Source of the DNA: Myxococcota bacterium
Lineage (GTDB): Bacteria > Myxococcota > UBA4151
Direction of reading: 5' to 3'
DNA length: 64,000 nt
Assembly (NCBI GenBank): GCA_040260805.1
Contig: JBDQPD010000004.1
Location: 6,219 to 70,218 of the forward strand
Below the pieces are notes generated by a model that was given only the letters and a program-made list of their open reading frames with translations, was not told the DNA's origin and made no database searches. The first letter of the stretch is position 1, and each line of letters starts with the position of its first letter. Below are positions 18,687 through 29,282 of the stretch, one piece after another. Position numbers and translations under genes: made by a program.

Positions 18687-19832
18687 TCAATCGGTTCCGG
18701 TTTGAATCAGATACTTCTTCATGTTGCGACTGTAGACCTGTCGCCAATCCTGCTGATCACGAACTAGAAAGAGCGCTTCAAGATCAGGATCTGAATCCAC
18801 GAACTTCAGGCCCTTTTCATCGCCCATCACCATCAGCGCAGTGGCATAGGCATCTGCGGTGGCGCAGTCTTTGGCGATCACCGTTACACTAGCCAGTCGA
18901 TGGACTACCGGCTCACCATTACGCGGATCAACGATGTGCTGCACACGCCGGCCGTTCTCGATTCGAAACTGACGATAATCCCCGCTCGTCGCCATCGCCG
19001 AATCAGCGAGCTTGACGATCGCAGCAAAACGCTTGCCGGGCTCGACTCCATCGACCGGAGCATCGACGGCGAGCTTCCAGGCTCCGCCTTGGGCTCGCTC
19101 GCCCCAGGCGACCACTTCTCCACCAATTTCGACCATGCCGTGTTGAGCGCCGGCTGTTTTCAGGATTCCAGCGACACGGTCGACGGCATAGCCTTTGGCG
19201 ATTGCGCTGAGGTCCAAACGCATACCGGCGTCCGCTTTGATCAACTCGCCCGGTTTCCCCCAGCGCAGCTTGGTGTAGCCAACCAGCCTTCGAGCGGCGG
19301 TCAACTCCTCAGGCTTAGGCAGGGTTGTACGAGCTTTGGCACCAAAGCCCCATAAGCCGATCAGCGGACCCACCGTGGGGTCAAAGGCGCCTTGAGTGTG
19401 CTTGGCGATCTCGAAGCTTCGCTTGATCACCTCGATGCTTCGCTCACCCCAAACAAAGGGCTCGGCAGCGGCTTGGTTGAACGTTGAAATCGAGCTATCC
19501 TTTTGCCACGTCGACATGCCTTGATTGATCGCCTTGAACTCGGCTTTGACGGCCGCCAGCAGCTGAGTTTCATCCAGCCCTGCGCCGCGCGCCTTGGCGG
19601 ACCATGTCGTGCCAAAGACTCGCCCAGCAAGCTCGACACCCTGAACGCCTGTCGCTGGGCTGGGTTGAGGTGCTGCTTGAGCGGCAGGCTGAGCAGCGGG
19701 CTCGCTCTGGGTTGAGCATGCGCTGATCAGTAACGCCACGCCGAGGCAGGGTATCAAACGGTGATGAGGGCTAGTACAAAACCAGCGAACAGGCCTAAAA
19801 AGAGGTAGCATACATTTTCTCCCATCGTGCAC
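18687..19832 (-). CDS. apbE: FAD:protein FMN transferase ApbE (lipoprotein)
   Basis: Signal/lipobox LLISACS; ApbE family motifs (DLSAIAKGYAVD; HIVDPRNGEP). Confidence 0.8.
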   Translation of the reverse strand: MHDGRKCMLPLFRPVRWFCTSPHHRLIPCLGVALLISACSTQSEPAAQPAAQAAPQPSPATGVQGVELAGRVFGTTWSAKARGAGLDETQLLAAVKAEFKAINQGMSTWQKDSSISTFNQAAAEPFVWGERSIEVIKRSFEIAKHTQGAFDPTVGPLIGLWGFGAKARTTLPKPEELTAARRLVGYTKLRWGKPGELIKADAGMRLDLSAIAKGYAVDRVAGILKTAGAQHGMVEIGGEVVAWGERAQGGAWKLAVDAPVDGVEPGKRFAAIVKLADSAMATSGDYRQFRIENGRRVQHIVDPRNGEPVVHRLASVTVIAKDCATADAYATALMVMGDEKGLKFVDSDPDLEALFLVRDQQDWRQVYSRNMKKYLIQTGTD

Positions 19833-19858
19833 CGAGCACGCAAGCCAAGGACCCCATT

Positions 19859-22612
19859 GTGACCCTAAGAATCACTTTACTGATCGGACTTTTGGGTAGT
19901 GCCTGCAGCGAGCGATTGCCGCAAGCACCCGACGGCTGTGAAGGGGTTCAATGTGGCTGCCAAGAACACACGGACTGCCCCATTGAGACCCCTGAATGCT
20001 GGGCTGGGCTGTGCAGAGAGAGCGACTCTACCGAGGTCGCTTGGGCTCATCGCGACATCATCTTGCCCGCTTCGGCGGACGCACCGGATTCGGATCTGCA
20101 TGCCGTGGATTTGGCTCGAGCGATCGACCTATCGAAGGACTCGCTAATCGACGGTCTGTTGAGCGAACAACCGATAACTAACTGGAGATTGTACGCCAAC
20201 GACGACGGAGACCGACTCGCTGTCCATGTCGGCGGTTTGATCATGGTCCGGCCCGCCCTAAACAAGCCACGGATCTGGCAACCCACGTCGAGAAAACTGA
20301 CGAATAACGGACCCGGTGTTCATCCGGACCTGCGCGCGATCGCTGGCTACGAGTCGCTCAAACAAACTGTTCTAAGCGCCTCAAGAAACGGCCTGTTGGC
20401 GTCGAGCAGCCCCGTGCGGCTTTTGAACACGTCGGAACACCGAGTGATCCTTGGCAAACCCTTGCACCGAATGATCGTTGATCTGATGGGACCCGTCGTA
20501 CCAGGAAGACCGACTGGCTCGTTGTCGATCGCCTCGCTCTCGAAGCTGATGCAGCGAGGCCACGCGCTGCCCCATCCCCGAAGTCTAGGGCCTAGTTTTC
20601 CCAGCCGGACCCGGCCTGAGTTGATCATCGGTCGAAACTATCGATTTTCGCTCGAGGCCGCTGCGGACCTGCGCATCGAAGAGCTGCTCAAATTGTCCAA
20701 CGCCAGCGTCCAGGATCTGATGAGTTGTGACGAGCTACGCGCTGCACATATCACCATCTCGATAGACGGTGGTGCGCCGCAAAGCTGGAGCCGCCAGGAC
20801 GACCCGTTCATTCGCTCGCTCGAGGCCGGCGAGCACACATTGAGTTTACGCTACCCAAGTAAAGTCCAGAACTGTCCAAACCTTGAGAACAACTCGAGCC
20901 TCATGCGTTGGGCTCGACTCACCCTGAAGTCAGACCGAGAGATCGAGCTGATCTCCTGGTCACCCGTGACCCCTCTTCCCATCGACAACAACGCGCGCCC
21001 CGTGCTGTACCGCGAGGACGCGGGTTTGTTGAGAGATAAAGACGGCGACAACTGGCCTGATGCGAGCGATCTTTGTCCTCAAGATCCTGATCAACAAAGG
21101 GATGGCGACCAAAATGGAATTGGGGATGCATGCGATGGGTTTTATTCGGCTCGAGCCGAAGAAGATCAGCTCACTGCGGTCAACCGAAACGGTGATGAGC
21201 TCGGCACCCAGTCGCTCCCAAACTTCAATCCCCTCTTGAGCTTTCAAACGGCGCTGACCTCCCCTCAAACCGAGATCACCTATCCTGATTCTGATGAGAT
21301 CAACGCCAACGCGGTGACCGGCGCAGTCATTTTCCAGACCAGCTCGGATGAGGACGTTTATCAGTGGAACCCAGACCAAGAGCCCCAGGCGCTCGGAATT
21401 GTTCCCATCGTCCCTGGCAATACCCCAACACAGCTCATGCAAATCCAGTCGAACCAACGCTACGCTGCGATGCATTTTCGGTTGCTTGGGAGTCTGACCC
21501 AGCTCGACATTCAAACGATTGTCATGAAAAATACGATTGCGAACCATGAGGACTCGGACAAGCGGCAGGTCACGACGCGCTACGTGTACAGCGGCTGGGA
21601 GCCAGCGTTCGCGGTCGCCGACCCTAGCGAGCCGTTGTTGTTGGTCTCGGACCAAGAGATCGGACATGCAGCGTTCAGCGCCATGCGCGTCTTTCCGGCC
21701 GCGCTGATACGGTTCCCCAGCCTCTTGCTGGCGCCGGCGATGACCCAATGCCAAGCGGATAACGACTGTCTTGTGCGAGGAAGCCACCTCACAGAAAACG
21801 GCGTCGACATTGCACGCACATGCGTCAGAAACCGCTGCGTCAGCGACAGCACAAGCGGTCGCTGTGTTCGCGAAGCTCAGCCGACGAGTTCAACCCTGAA
21901 CGCTTGTCGTCCGGAACAAAGCGGCACCTGCATCACCGGTGATTGCGACGACAACAACGCGAGCTGCTCGGCTGGCTTGTGCTGGCGGCCAGCCAACAAC
22001 GAATGCGCTCAAGGCGAGACCTGCCTCCCGAGCAACCTCTCGCGCAGCACCGCTAGCTCCTATTTTATGGGACTCATGCCTCGAGGCGTCGCCGGGCTTT
22101 TTGAGGGCGGCTACTTTAGTCCATTGAGCTATGCGCTCGCTCGAGATCTCGGCCTCGCCCTAGCGGCAAAGCAACTCGGCGTGGTCCAAGCCTTACCGAT
22201 GGACCGTGAAGCGCCCGTTGCGCTCACCGCGTGCCCGAAAGAGTGGCTCGATGGCAGGCTGACCGCTTACTTTACCCAAGAAGAGCAACGCAGCTTACTG
22301 CGCAGGGTGCTCGACCCGAACGTACGCGCTCAGGACCTCTTTGAAATCGCCGAGGTCGACCAGGCTTGGGTGTTGCAACCCGGTGACGATCCGCCGAGCT
22401 CGATTTGTCGACCCATTCGTTCGACATGGCGCGGTTATTTCCCCTCACAGCTTGCCCCTCAAACAGCAGAGTTTGTGGACATCGACAAAGATGGGATTAA
22501 TGAATTTCGAGTCGGCTTTTCAGTCTTGGAGCGCTCGCCGAGCGCCGAGCCTGCGGTCTACCGCTGTTTCGACTTTAATGGTGATCACCAAGCGACCAAT
22601 TGCACCCCTTAG
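19859..22612 (+). CDS. Large secreted/lipoprotein with Cys-rich N-terminal module and thrombospondin type-3-like Ca-binding repeat; paralog of 24265..27324
   Basis: Signal LLIGLLGSACS; DKDGDNWPDASDLCPQDPDQQRDGDQNGIGDACD (TSP3-like); C-terminus ...FVDIDKDGINEFRVGFSV...YRCFDFNGDHQATNCTP shared with paralog. Confidence 0.7.
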   Translation: MTLRITLLIGLLGSACSERLPQAPDGCEGVQCGCQEHTDCPIETPECWAGLCRESDSTEVAWAHRDIILPASADAPDSDLHAVDLARAIDLSKDSLIDGLLSEQPITNWRLYANDDGDRLAVHVGGLIMVRPALNKPRIWQPTSRKLTNNGPGVHPDLRAIAGYESLKQTVLSASRNGLLASSSPVRLLNTSEHRVILGKPLHRMIVDLMGPVVPGRPTGSLSIASLSKLMQRGHALPHPRSLGPSFPSRTRPELIIGRNYRFSLEAAADLRIEELLKLSNASVQDLMSCDELRAAHITISIDGGAPQSWSRQDDPFIRSLEAGEHTLSLRYPSKVQNCPNLENNSSLMRWARLTLKSDREIELISWSPVTPLPIDNNARPVLYREDAGLLRDKDGDNWPDASDLCPQDPDQQRDGDQNGIGDACDGFYSARAEEDQLTAVNRNGDELGTQSLPNFNPLLSFQTALTSPQTEITYPDSDEINANAVTGAVIFQTSSDEDVYQWNPDQEPQALGIVPIVPGNTPTQLMQIQSNQRYAAMHFRLLGSLTQLDIQTIVMKNTIANHEDSDKRQVTTRYVYSGWEPAFAVADPSEPLLLVSDQEIGHAAFSAMRVFPAALIRFPSLLLAPAMTQCQADNDCLVRGSHLTENGVDIARTCVRNRCVSDSTSGRCVREAQPTSSTLNACRPEQSGTCITGDCDDNNASCSAGLCWRPANNECAQGETCLPSNLSRSTASSYFMGLMPRGVAGLFEGGYFSPLSYALARDLGLALAAKQLGVVQALPMDREAPVALTACPKEWLDGRLTAYFTQEEQRSLLRRVLDPNVRAQDLFEIAEVDQAWVLQPGDDPPSSICRPIRSTWRGYFPSQLAPQTAEFVDIDKDGINEFRVGFSVLERSPSAEPAVYRCFDFNGDHQATNCTP

Positions 22613-24165
22613 AGGTGATGACGGTCGGGTACCAGCACGCCGAGTTCAAGCAGTCCGGCAAACACCTCATCGTTCGGTGGCGTCTGGTTCATATCCTCTA
22701 ACCAATCGGCGCTGACTTCATCCAAGCTAAAGACCTGCACTTCATCAGTGCCATCGCGCACCACCAACACGCTGCTCGCTTGAGCGACTAAACCCCCGCC
22801 ATCGAGCGCCACCAAGAGATCAACTGGGGCACGCACCAATTCGTGCCCAGTGCCTAGCCGCCAGGATACATCAAGAGAAACAGGCACTAAACTCTTCGCC
22901 TCAAGGTCGGCTTTGGGTGGGTCAGCAAGCGCCGCTTCAAGACGCGCTAAACCCGCCAGGTCGGCTTGACCGGCACGCTCAAGAGTAGCGGCGAAGCGGC
23001 GCGCCAAATGCAAGCGCTCAAGCTGATCACCCGAGACAAAGCGGTCCACCCAATGCGCGCCACCTTGGGCTAAGGTCTGCGGCACGCAGGACTCCAGCCC
23101 ATCGCGAATTTGAAGACGACTCAGACCGTATTCGACCGTTAGCGGGTAGCCGCAGGCAAACACGCGACTCGGCTGAGGCAGAACCCATTCGTCATGAAGC
23201 GCCTCATAGACCGAGATCGCCTCTTCAACAGGGGCACCCGAAGCGAGCTGATCAACAACATCAAGCAGGGACTGGGCGACGTCACCTTCGGCTTCGGTCC
23301 AAATCATCAGCAAACGCCAAGCGAGGTCTTGAGCAACGCAGGTCGATGCATCGAGTACCGACTCGACATCACGACCCTCGAGCAAGTCTTGAGTCAACGC
23401 TTCGATCCGCTGAGAGAACGCATCGAGCGTTGAAGTCGTCGGCGGAAAGCGTTCCATCAACAGATGAAATGCTCGGCTGTTGAGTCGCGGTTGGTGCGAT
23501 GCAGCGTAAGCCAAACCATCGCTCGCTAAATCGAGCGTGGCGTAGCGTCTTGGATGCAGCCGCCCCGCCTCGATACTGAGCCGAACCCCTTCGAGTTGGG
23601 AACGTACAAAATCGTGCCCTCGCTCCCACCAAGAAGCGTCAAACTCAACCGGATCTCCAGCTGCTCGCTCGCAATCCGGACAGTAGGCGCCAAAAAGTGG
23701 TCCTTGTCCTCGATGCAAGGGACAACGTCTCAGGTCTGCTTCATCAAAAAAGTACCAAAGCGCCACCGGCAGAATTTCAGCCTGCCAGCCCGCTAGGGCA
23801 TGAAAGAACGGCGAGGCGCCGGGCGCCCAGGCAAACCCTTGAATGCCATGCATCCACTCGTGCGCAGTCCATTTGGCGCGATGACTCGGGTGGTAACTTC
23901 CGACCCACAGATCATGGCGGTAGCTTTGGTATTTCGACTCCGGGAGCTGCCCGTTGCTCCAGCCTTGGACTCGTCCAAGGTCCGCTCGGGCTTCAGGCAA
24001 CCAAGCGGCTGGTAGAGGCAGCGTCTCTCGATACTCAAAATGCGCCATCGGTAAGCCATATCGCTGCGCCTGCCGCTCAACCCAAGCGGCTGCTCGGCTT
24101 CGGCTCGACTCAGCGTTTGGTGGTTGCCAGTCCATAATCATGACCCCAGTAGCCCAAAGCTGCAT
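22609..24165 (-). CDS. Hypothetical protein with HExxH-like motif (HEWMH), flanked by paralogous giant lipoproteins
   Basis: 518-aa ORF, GC3-rich; AHEWMHGIQGF possible zincin motif; no confident family. Confidence 0.55.
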   Translation of the reverse strand: MQLWATGVMIMDWQPPNAESSRSRAAAWVERQAQRYGLPMAHFEYRETLPLPAAWLPEARADLGRVQGWSNGQLPESKYQSYRHDLWVGSYHPSHRAKWTAHEWMHGIQGFAWAPGASPFFHALAGWQAEILPVALWYFFDEADLRRCPLHRGQGPLFGAYCPDCERAAGDPVEFDASWWERGHDFVRSQLEGVRLSIEAGRLHPRRYATLDLASDGLAYAASHQPRLNSRAFHLLMERFPPTTSTLDAFSQRIEALTQDLLEGRDVESVLDASTCVAQDLAWRLLMIWTEAEGDVAQSLLDVVDQLASGAPVEEAISVYEALHDEWVLPQPSRVFACGYPLTVEYGLSRLQIRDGLESCVPQTLAQGGAHWVDRFVSGDQLERLHLARRFAATLERAGQADLAGLARLEAALADPPKADLEAKSLVPVSLDVSWRLGTGHELVRAPVDLLVALDGGGLVAQASSVLVVRDGTDEVQVFSLDEVSADWLEDMNQTPPNDEVFAGLLELGVLVPDRHHL

Positions 24166-24264
24166 ATCCTAGGCCGTCAAAACAGGAAATGCACGGTTTC
24201 GGTAGACAAGCGACGACCAAAACGTGAGCGGGTCATTAGGATGACTTCAAACGGCGCAAGCATC

Positions 24265-27200
24265 ATGAAAAGAGTTCTATTTTTAGTCGCTTTATCTGGC
24301 TGCGCCTCAGAGCTTCCGGCGCTCGAGACCTCCTCGGTTCGAGTCGCTCAATGCGCCCTCGATAGCGACTGCCCAGTCGATCGCCCTGCCTGCGTGACGG
24401 GGGTGTGTCAGCCCTGCGCAGATGCGCGACACTGCAGCGATCAAGCGCCGGTCTGTTCTGAAAACCAATGCATCGAGTGCTCGGCACATGATGACTGTCC
24501 AGACGGTAAGGCAATATGCCAAGCTCAGCGCTGTATTGACTGCTTAGAGGACCTCCATTGCGGCGATGAAACGCCAGTTTGCGTGGAACAGCAATGTGTC
24601 GACTGCCGATCCAACTCCGACTGCCCTCTCGATCGCGGCGTATGCTCTGACAATCGCTGTATTTTAGACCCCGATGGTCGCAGCGCTTGGGACCATATCG
24701 GAACCGTTCTCCCTGGAGCCACACGCGTACATGGTGTCGAACTCGGTCACGAACTGAATCTTCTTCACATGGAGCGGCTTAGAGGTCGCCAATGGACAGT
24801 CGGTGTGATCGAAGGTCAGACCCAACTCAACTGGGGGGTGCTTCAAGACGCTCAAGGCCGGCGAATAGCGCTCCACAACTCAGGGCTTATTGTCGTAGAG
24901 CCGGCGGAGACAGACCCCTCACTTTGGCTGCCTGAGTTTGAAGACGTTCGTGATCATGGGCCAGGGATTCGCCGAGACCGTCGCGGCGTCTTTGGGTACG
25001 ATCTGCTCCACGACCTCATCATCGACCTAGCGCACTTTGGACTCTTCGACAGCAACACCCCGGTCAAAGACCTTAACTCGAGCCGTCATCGCTTTATCAA
25101 TGGTTCCAATCGCTACATCTTAGTGGATGACATCCTCTACGGTAAAGCAGCGGGCTTGAATCGCGATCTGACTCAAACGGCGCTCGCGGACCTCAAGTCT
25201 CGCTATTGGCCTGAGCCGACCGTGACCTCAGGAAACACCTACCGAACCAGCTACGAACGCAACCTCAGCGTTAGGCTTAACGGACCGAGTCAGCTCAAAG
25301 TGACGACGATCCACCAGGAGCTCATCGCTGTCTACCCGGCCGAACTGCCCGACGACGCCGCCTTTTGCGAAGCCCAAATCAGCGTTCAAATCAACGGCAA
25401 CACCCCTCAGACCGAAACCGTCGAGTTGGCGGCCGGTGAGCACTCGATACAGCTGCTCGCTCGATCGTCTGACGCCGAGGACTGTCAAACTCAGCTCGGG
25501 CCGTTGACCTCTGCCAAACACCCGCCTTCGTGGTGGCGGTTGGTCATCGAGAGCGATGATGAAATTGAGCTGTTGGGCTGGGATTACGGTCCGATCACTC
25601 GAGCAAGCTTCAACCAGAATCATCGACCGACTAGCCTATCCTTGCTGGCGGGTGATCTGAGCGATCAAGACGGTGATCACTGGCCGGATGCCAGCGACTT
25701 GTGTCCAGAGATTAAAGACGAACAACTCGACGGCGATCAGGACGGTATCGGCAACCGGTGTGATGGTGTGATGAGTCTGGAGCGCGTGTCCGAAAACACG
25801 GTGGCTGCATGGAACCAAAATGATGAAGAATTGTTCCGGACCGAAGCGAGTGAGTATGCTGATATCTTTACCGCGTTGGTCGTTGAACCCAAACCGTTCG
25901 CGCACCTCGACGACATCAACGGTTTGGCATCCGAACAGGCACTGATTATCAAACCCAGCCGAGATCGCCCGGTACAAGTTTTTGATTCGAGCGGGGCGGT
26001 CATCTTTGAGGCGCTCGAAGGAGAGGGTATCAGACTGCAAGGGGTGTCCTCCGATGGTTTCAGGCTCGGATTAATGGGGTATTCGCAGACTCCAATCTCC
26101 CCGATGAGTGAAACGAGGACCCTGTTTTCAATCTCGAACATCGGGCTTGGATCCACTCGGAAAACGAGATCGTTTTTCATGCGCTCAAAGCGGGGTAAAT
26201 TTGTTTTGGTTCCGCGCAGCAGCGTCGCCTCACCGCTCCTCCGAGCCGAACTAAGCAGGCGTTTCATAAATGAACCGATGATGACGATCGCAACGACACA
26301 GAAAATGGTCCCTATTCACGTCTCTCGGCTGGCTCAGTCGCTACTCCCGGGTTTCAATGGGACCTGTACGTCCGACGCTCAATGCGTAGGCGGTTCGTGT
26401 GGTGAGTGGCGCTGTACGATCGGCGGTGTTTACGACCATTGCGAGGGCAGCGAAGAGACCATTAATAGCTTTTGCTACCCCAACTCGGATCGAGGGTACT
26501 GTATTGACCGCTCCGGTAGTTGGTACCGCCCGAGCTCATTTAGAGCCTGTGCTCATGAGCGCACCGCCTGCGAAACCTCAACAGAGTGCGCCGGAGGCGA
26601 CCTGTGCGTTATGGGGCGCTGCAAGTCGACGTGCACTGAATCAGAGGACTGCGCTCAAGACGAAGTCTGCATGGGGGCGATGGCGCCTATGCTTGGAGAG
26701 CTCGGAGTCTGCGCTTCCTCTGTTGCAGACCCAAACTGTGAAGCGTCAGAGCGATGCTATGCGGCGAGTGACGTCGCCTTCGATCTGTCCGGACAGATGT
26801 ATCTCAGGAGCCTTCAGATTCAGGGGAACACCGCGCCAAAGACGACGATTAACGCCTTGCTGATCATCAATCTACTTGAGAGCGCCATGCAAAACGGAGG
26901 CAGCGAGAATAGTTTTGGCGAATTTGGCTGGTGCCTACCGGAATTGACCGGGTCGAATCAAAACAGTCTCTCCGAGAGCCAGTCTCGAACCAAACTGCGT
27001 CAGATTTTCGACAACCAAACGCCTTGGAACGAACTGTTCACACTGGGTCAGTTCACAGGGTCGATTAACACCTACACAAACCTTTGGGGCTTCAACCACG
27101 CCTGGAGTCATCAGTGCGAGACCTTGTACTCGAAATGGCAGGCTACCTTTCCCGATAGCCTGATACCGCAAAGCATCGAAATGGTGGACATTGACGGCGA

Positions 27201-27324
27201 CGAGATCGAAGAATTCAGAGTAGGCTTCAGCATCAACCCAAACCAAGCTGGCGATGCGACGACGTCGACTTGGCGGTGTTATAATGTCTTCGGCGAGCAG
27301 CTCACCGGCAACTGCACACCCTAG
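24265..27324 (+). CDS. Large lipoprotein with Cys-rich tandem modules and TSP3-like repeat; paralog of 19859..22612
   Basis: MKRVLFLVALSGCAS lipobox; repeated C-x-D-x-D-C-P modules; DQDGDHWPDASDLCPEIKDEQLDGDQDGIGNRCDG; C-terminus MVDIDGDEIEEFRVGFSI...[17 protein letters not shown]. Confidence 0.7.
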   Translation: MKRVLFLVALSGCASELPALETSSVRVAQCALDSDCPVDRPACVTGVCQPCADARHCSDQAPVCSENQCIECSAHDDCPDGKAICQAQRCIDCLEDLHCGDETPVCVEQQCVDCRSNSDCPLDRGVCSDNRCILDPDGRSAWDHIGTVLPGATRVHGVELGHELNLLHMERLRGRQWTVGVIEGQTQLNWGVLQDAQGRRIALHNSGLIVVEPAETDPSLWLPEFEDVRDHGPGIRRDRRGVFGYDLLHDLIIDLAHFGLFDSNTPVKDLNSSRHRFINGSNRYILVDDILYGKAAGLNRDLTQTALADLKSRYWPEPTVTSGNTYRTSYERNLSVRLNGPSQLKVTTIHQELIAVYPAELPDDAAFCEAQISVQINGNTPQTETVELAAGEHSIQLLARSSDAEDCQTQLGPLTSAKHPPSWWRLVIESDDEIELLGWDYGPITRASFNQNHRPTSLSLLAGDLSDQDGDHWPDASDLCPEIKDEQLDGDQDGIGNRCDGVMSLERVSENTVAAWNQNDEELFRTEASEYADIFTALVVEPKPFAHLDDINGLASEQALIIKPSRDRPVQVFDSSGAVIFEALEGEGIRLQGVSSDGFRLGLMGYSQTPISPMSETRTLFSISNIGLGSTRKTRSFFMRSKRGKFVLVPRSSVASPLLRAELSRRFINEPMMTIATTQKMVPIHVSRLAQSLLPGFNGTCTSDAQCVGGSCGEWRCTIGGVYDHCEGSEETINSFCYPNSDRGYCIDRSGSWYRPSSFRACAHERTACETSTECAGGDLCVMGRCKSTCTESEDCAQDEVCMGAMAPMLGELGVCASSVADPNCEASERCYAASDVAFDLSGQMYLRSLQIQGNTAPKTTINALLIINLLESAMQNGGSENSFGEFGWCLPELTGSNQNSLSESQSRTKLRQIFDNQTPWNELFTLGQFTGSINTYTNLWGFNHAWSHQCETLYSKWQATFPDSLIPQSIEMVDIDGDEIEEFRVGFSINPNQAGDATTSTWRCYNVFGEQLTGNCTP

Positions 27325-29150
27325 GCTTTAGGGCTCGACTTCGCCGCAATCCGCCGCTCAAACTCTTTGAGGTGACGCTTGCGAATACGCAACGCAGTGG
27401 GTGTGACTTCCAGAAGTTCATCTTCATCGAGGAACTCAAGGCATTGCTCTAAGCTGTAATCAAGCGGTGGGGTCAGGATCACGTTCTCATCGCTGCCCGC
27501 AGCGCGCACGTTGGTGAGCTGTTTGCCCTTGAGTGGGTTGACCACGAGGTCGTTGTCTCGAATGTGAATGCCGATCACCATGCCCTCGTAGACTTCTTCA
27601 CCTGGGCCGACGAACATCGCGCCCCGGTTTTGCAAGTTGAACAGCGCGTAGGCGATCGCCTTGCCTGCGCCATTGGCGATCAAGACGCCACGGTGACGAC
27701 CGCCAAGCTGGGCGTCGACTTTGGGCTTATAGGCTTCAAAGACGCGGTGCATCAGCCCGGTGCCGCGGGTCATGGTCAGAAATTCGGTCTGAAAACCCAG
27801 CAAGCCGCGCGTGGGGATCGCATACACGACCCGCAAACGACCGGAGCCATCAGGGACCATATCCTGAAGCTCACCCTTGCGCAGCCCGAGGCTCTCCATA
27901 ACCGGACCTTGATAGTTCTCATCAAAATCACAGACCAGACGCTCCCAAGGCTCATTGACCACCCCATCGATGGTCTTGTTGATCACCTGAGGGCGCCCCA
28001 CAGCGAGCTCATAGCCTTCTCGGCGCATGGTCTCGATCAGCACCGCCAAATGCAGCTCACCGCGCCCACAGACGGTCCAGCGCTCCGCTTTGTCGGTGTC
28101 TTCTACCCGCAGCGCCACGTTATGCAGCAGCTCGGTGTCTAAGCGCTCACGAATCTGGCGCGAGGTGACAAACTTTCCATCACGCCCCGCCAGCGGCGAG
28201 GTGTTGATCTCAAAGCTCATATTGACCGTGGGTTGATCGACACGAAGCGCAGGCAGCGCCTCTTCTTGGCCGACCGCACAGATGGTATCCGAGATGCGTA
28301 AGGCGCCTAAGCCGGTGATCGAAACGATCGCGCCGGCGCTCGCCGAATCCACAGCGACCCGCTCAAGCCCGTGGTAATTTTGAACCTCAAGGACCTTGCC
28401 TTTACGCACCGAGCCGTCCGCGCCAACGATACTGACTTGCTGCCGAGGAGCGATGCTCCCGCGGTGGATACGTCCCACGCCAATGACGCCCGTGAAGCTG
28501 GTGTAGCCGAGCGACGAGACCTGCATCTGTAAGGGGCCATCGGTGTCGACTTTGGGCGCAGGCACGTGATCGATCAAGGCATCGAGCAAGGGCGTCATAT
28601 CCTCACCGAGCTCATCGATCTCTAAGCCCGCATATCCGTTCAAGGCTGAGGCGTAGATTGTCAGAAACTCGAGCTGGTCGTCAGTGGCGCCCAAACGATC
28701 AAATAATTCAAAAGTCTCATCGAGCACCTCGTGCGGACGAGCGCCCGGACGGTCGACCTTATTGATCACCACGATCGGCTTAAGCCCGAGGTCAAAAGCT
28801 TTGCGGGTCACAAAGCGAGTCTGCGGCATCGGGCCGTCGACCGCGTCGACCAAAAGCAGCACCGAATCGACCATACTCAAAACCCGCTCAACCTCACCCC
28901 CGAAGTCGGCGTGTCCAGGCGTATCGACGATGTTGATCTGATGATCTTTCCAGCGGATCGCCGTGTTTTTAGACAAAATGGTGATCCCGCGCTCGCGCTC
29001 GAGATCGTTCGAATCCATGATCCGCTCACCGTGATCTTTACGCACGTCGATGGTCCCCGACTGAGCGAGGAGCTTGTCGACCAAGGTGGTCTTACCATGG
29101 TCAACGTGAGCGATGATCGCCACGTTGCGAAGTTGGTTGTGAGGACTCAT
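27321..29150 (-). CDS. typA: Translational GTPase TypA/BipA
   Basis: [21 protein letters not shown]1 motif, DTPGHADF G3, EF-G-like domain order; start at MSPHNQLRN. Confidence 0.9.
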   Translation of the reverse strand: MSPHNQLRNVAIIAHVDHGKTTLVDKLLAQSGTIDVRKDHGERIMDSNDLERERGITILSKNTAIRWKDHQINIVDTPGHADFGGEVERVLSMVDSVLLLVDAVDGPMPQTRFVTRKAFDLGLKPIVVINKVDRPGARPHEVLDETFELFDRLGATDDQLEFLTIYASALNGYAGLEIDELGEDMTPLLDALIDHVPAPKVDTDGPLQMQVSSLGYTSFTGVIGVGRIHRGSIAPRQQVSIVGADGSVRKGKVLEVQNYHGLERVAVDSASAGAIVSITGLGALRISDTICAVGQEEALPALRVDQPTVNMSFEINTSPLAGRDGKFVTSRQIRERLDTELLHNVALRVEDTDKAERWTVCGRGELHLAVLIETMRREGYELAVGRPQVINKTIDGVVNEPWERLVCDFDENYQGPVMESLGLRKGELQDMVPDGSGRLRVVYAIPTRGLLGFQTEFLTMTRGTGLMHRVFEAYKPKVDAQLGGRHRGVLIANGAGKAIAYALFNLQNRGAMFVGPGEEVYEGMVIGIHIRDNDLVVNPLKGKQLTNVRAAGSDENVILTPPLDYSLEQCLEFLDEDELLEVTPTALRIRKRHLKEFERRIAAKSSPKA

Positions 29151-29221
29151 GACATCACCCCTTGGAAAGGAGGCGCCTCTAAACACGTTCCACGCCCGCT
29201 GTCATGCGCCAAGCGACGCAG

Positions 29222-29257
29222 GCAAAAAACGAAACAGGGGCGGTCACCCGCCCCTGC
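29222..29257 (-). terminator. Rho-independent terminator downstream of nqrF
   Basis: Perfect inverted repeat CAGGGGCGG-TCAC-CCGCCCCTG (29235-29256) followed on minus-strand RNA by UUUCGUUUUUU. Confidence 0.55.
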
Positions 29258-29282
29258 TTAAACATCCGATGATCAATAGCGC

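Noticed and set aside
22609-24165. Calling the HEWMH-containing protein a zinc metallopeptidase
   Set aside because: A single HExxH pentapeptide occurs frequently by chance in a 518-aa protein. No third ligand or zincin-like context was recognisable. The call is left as hypothetical.
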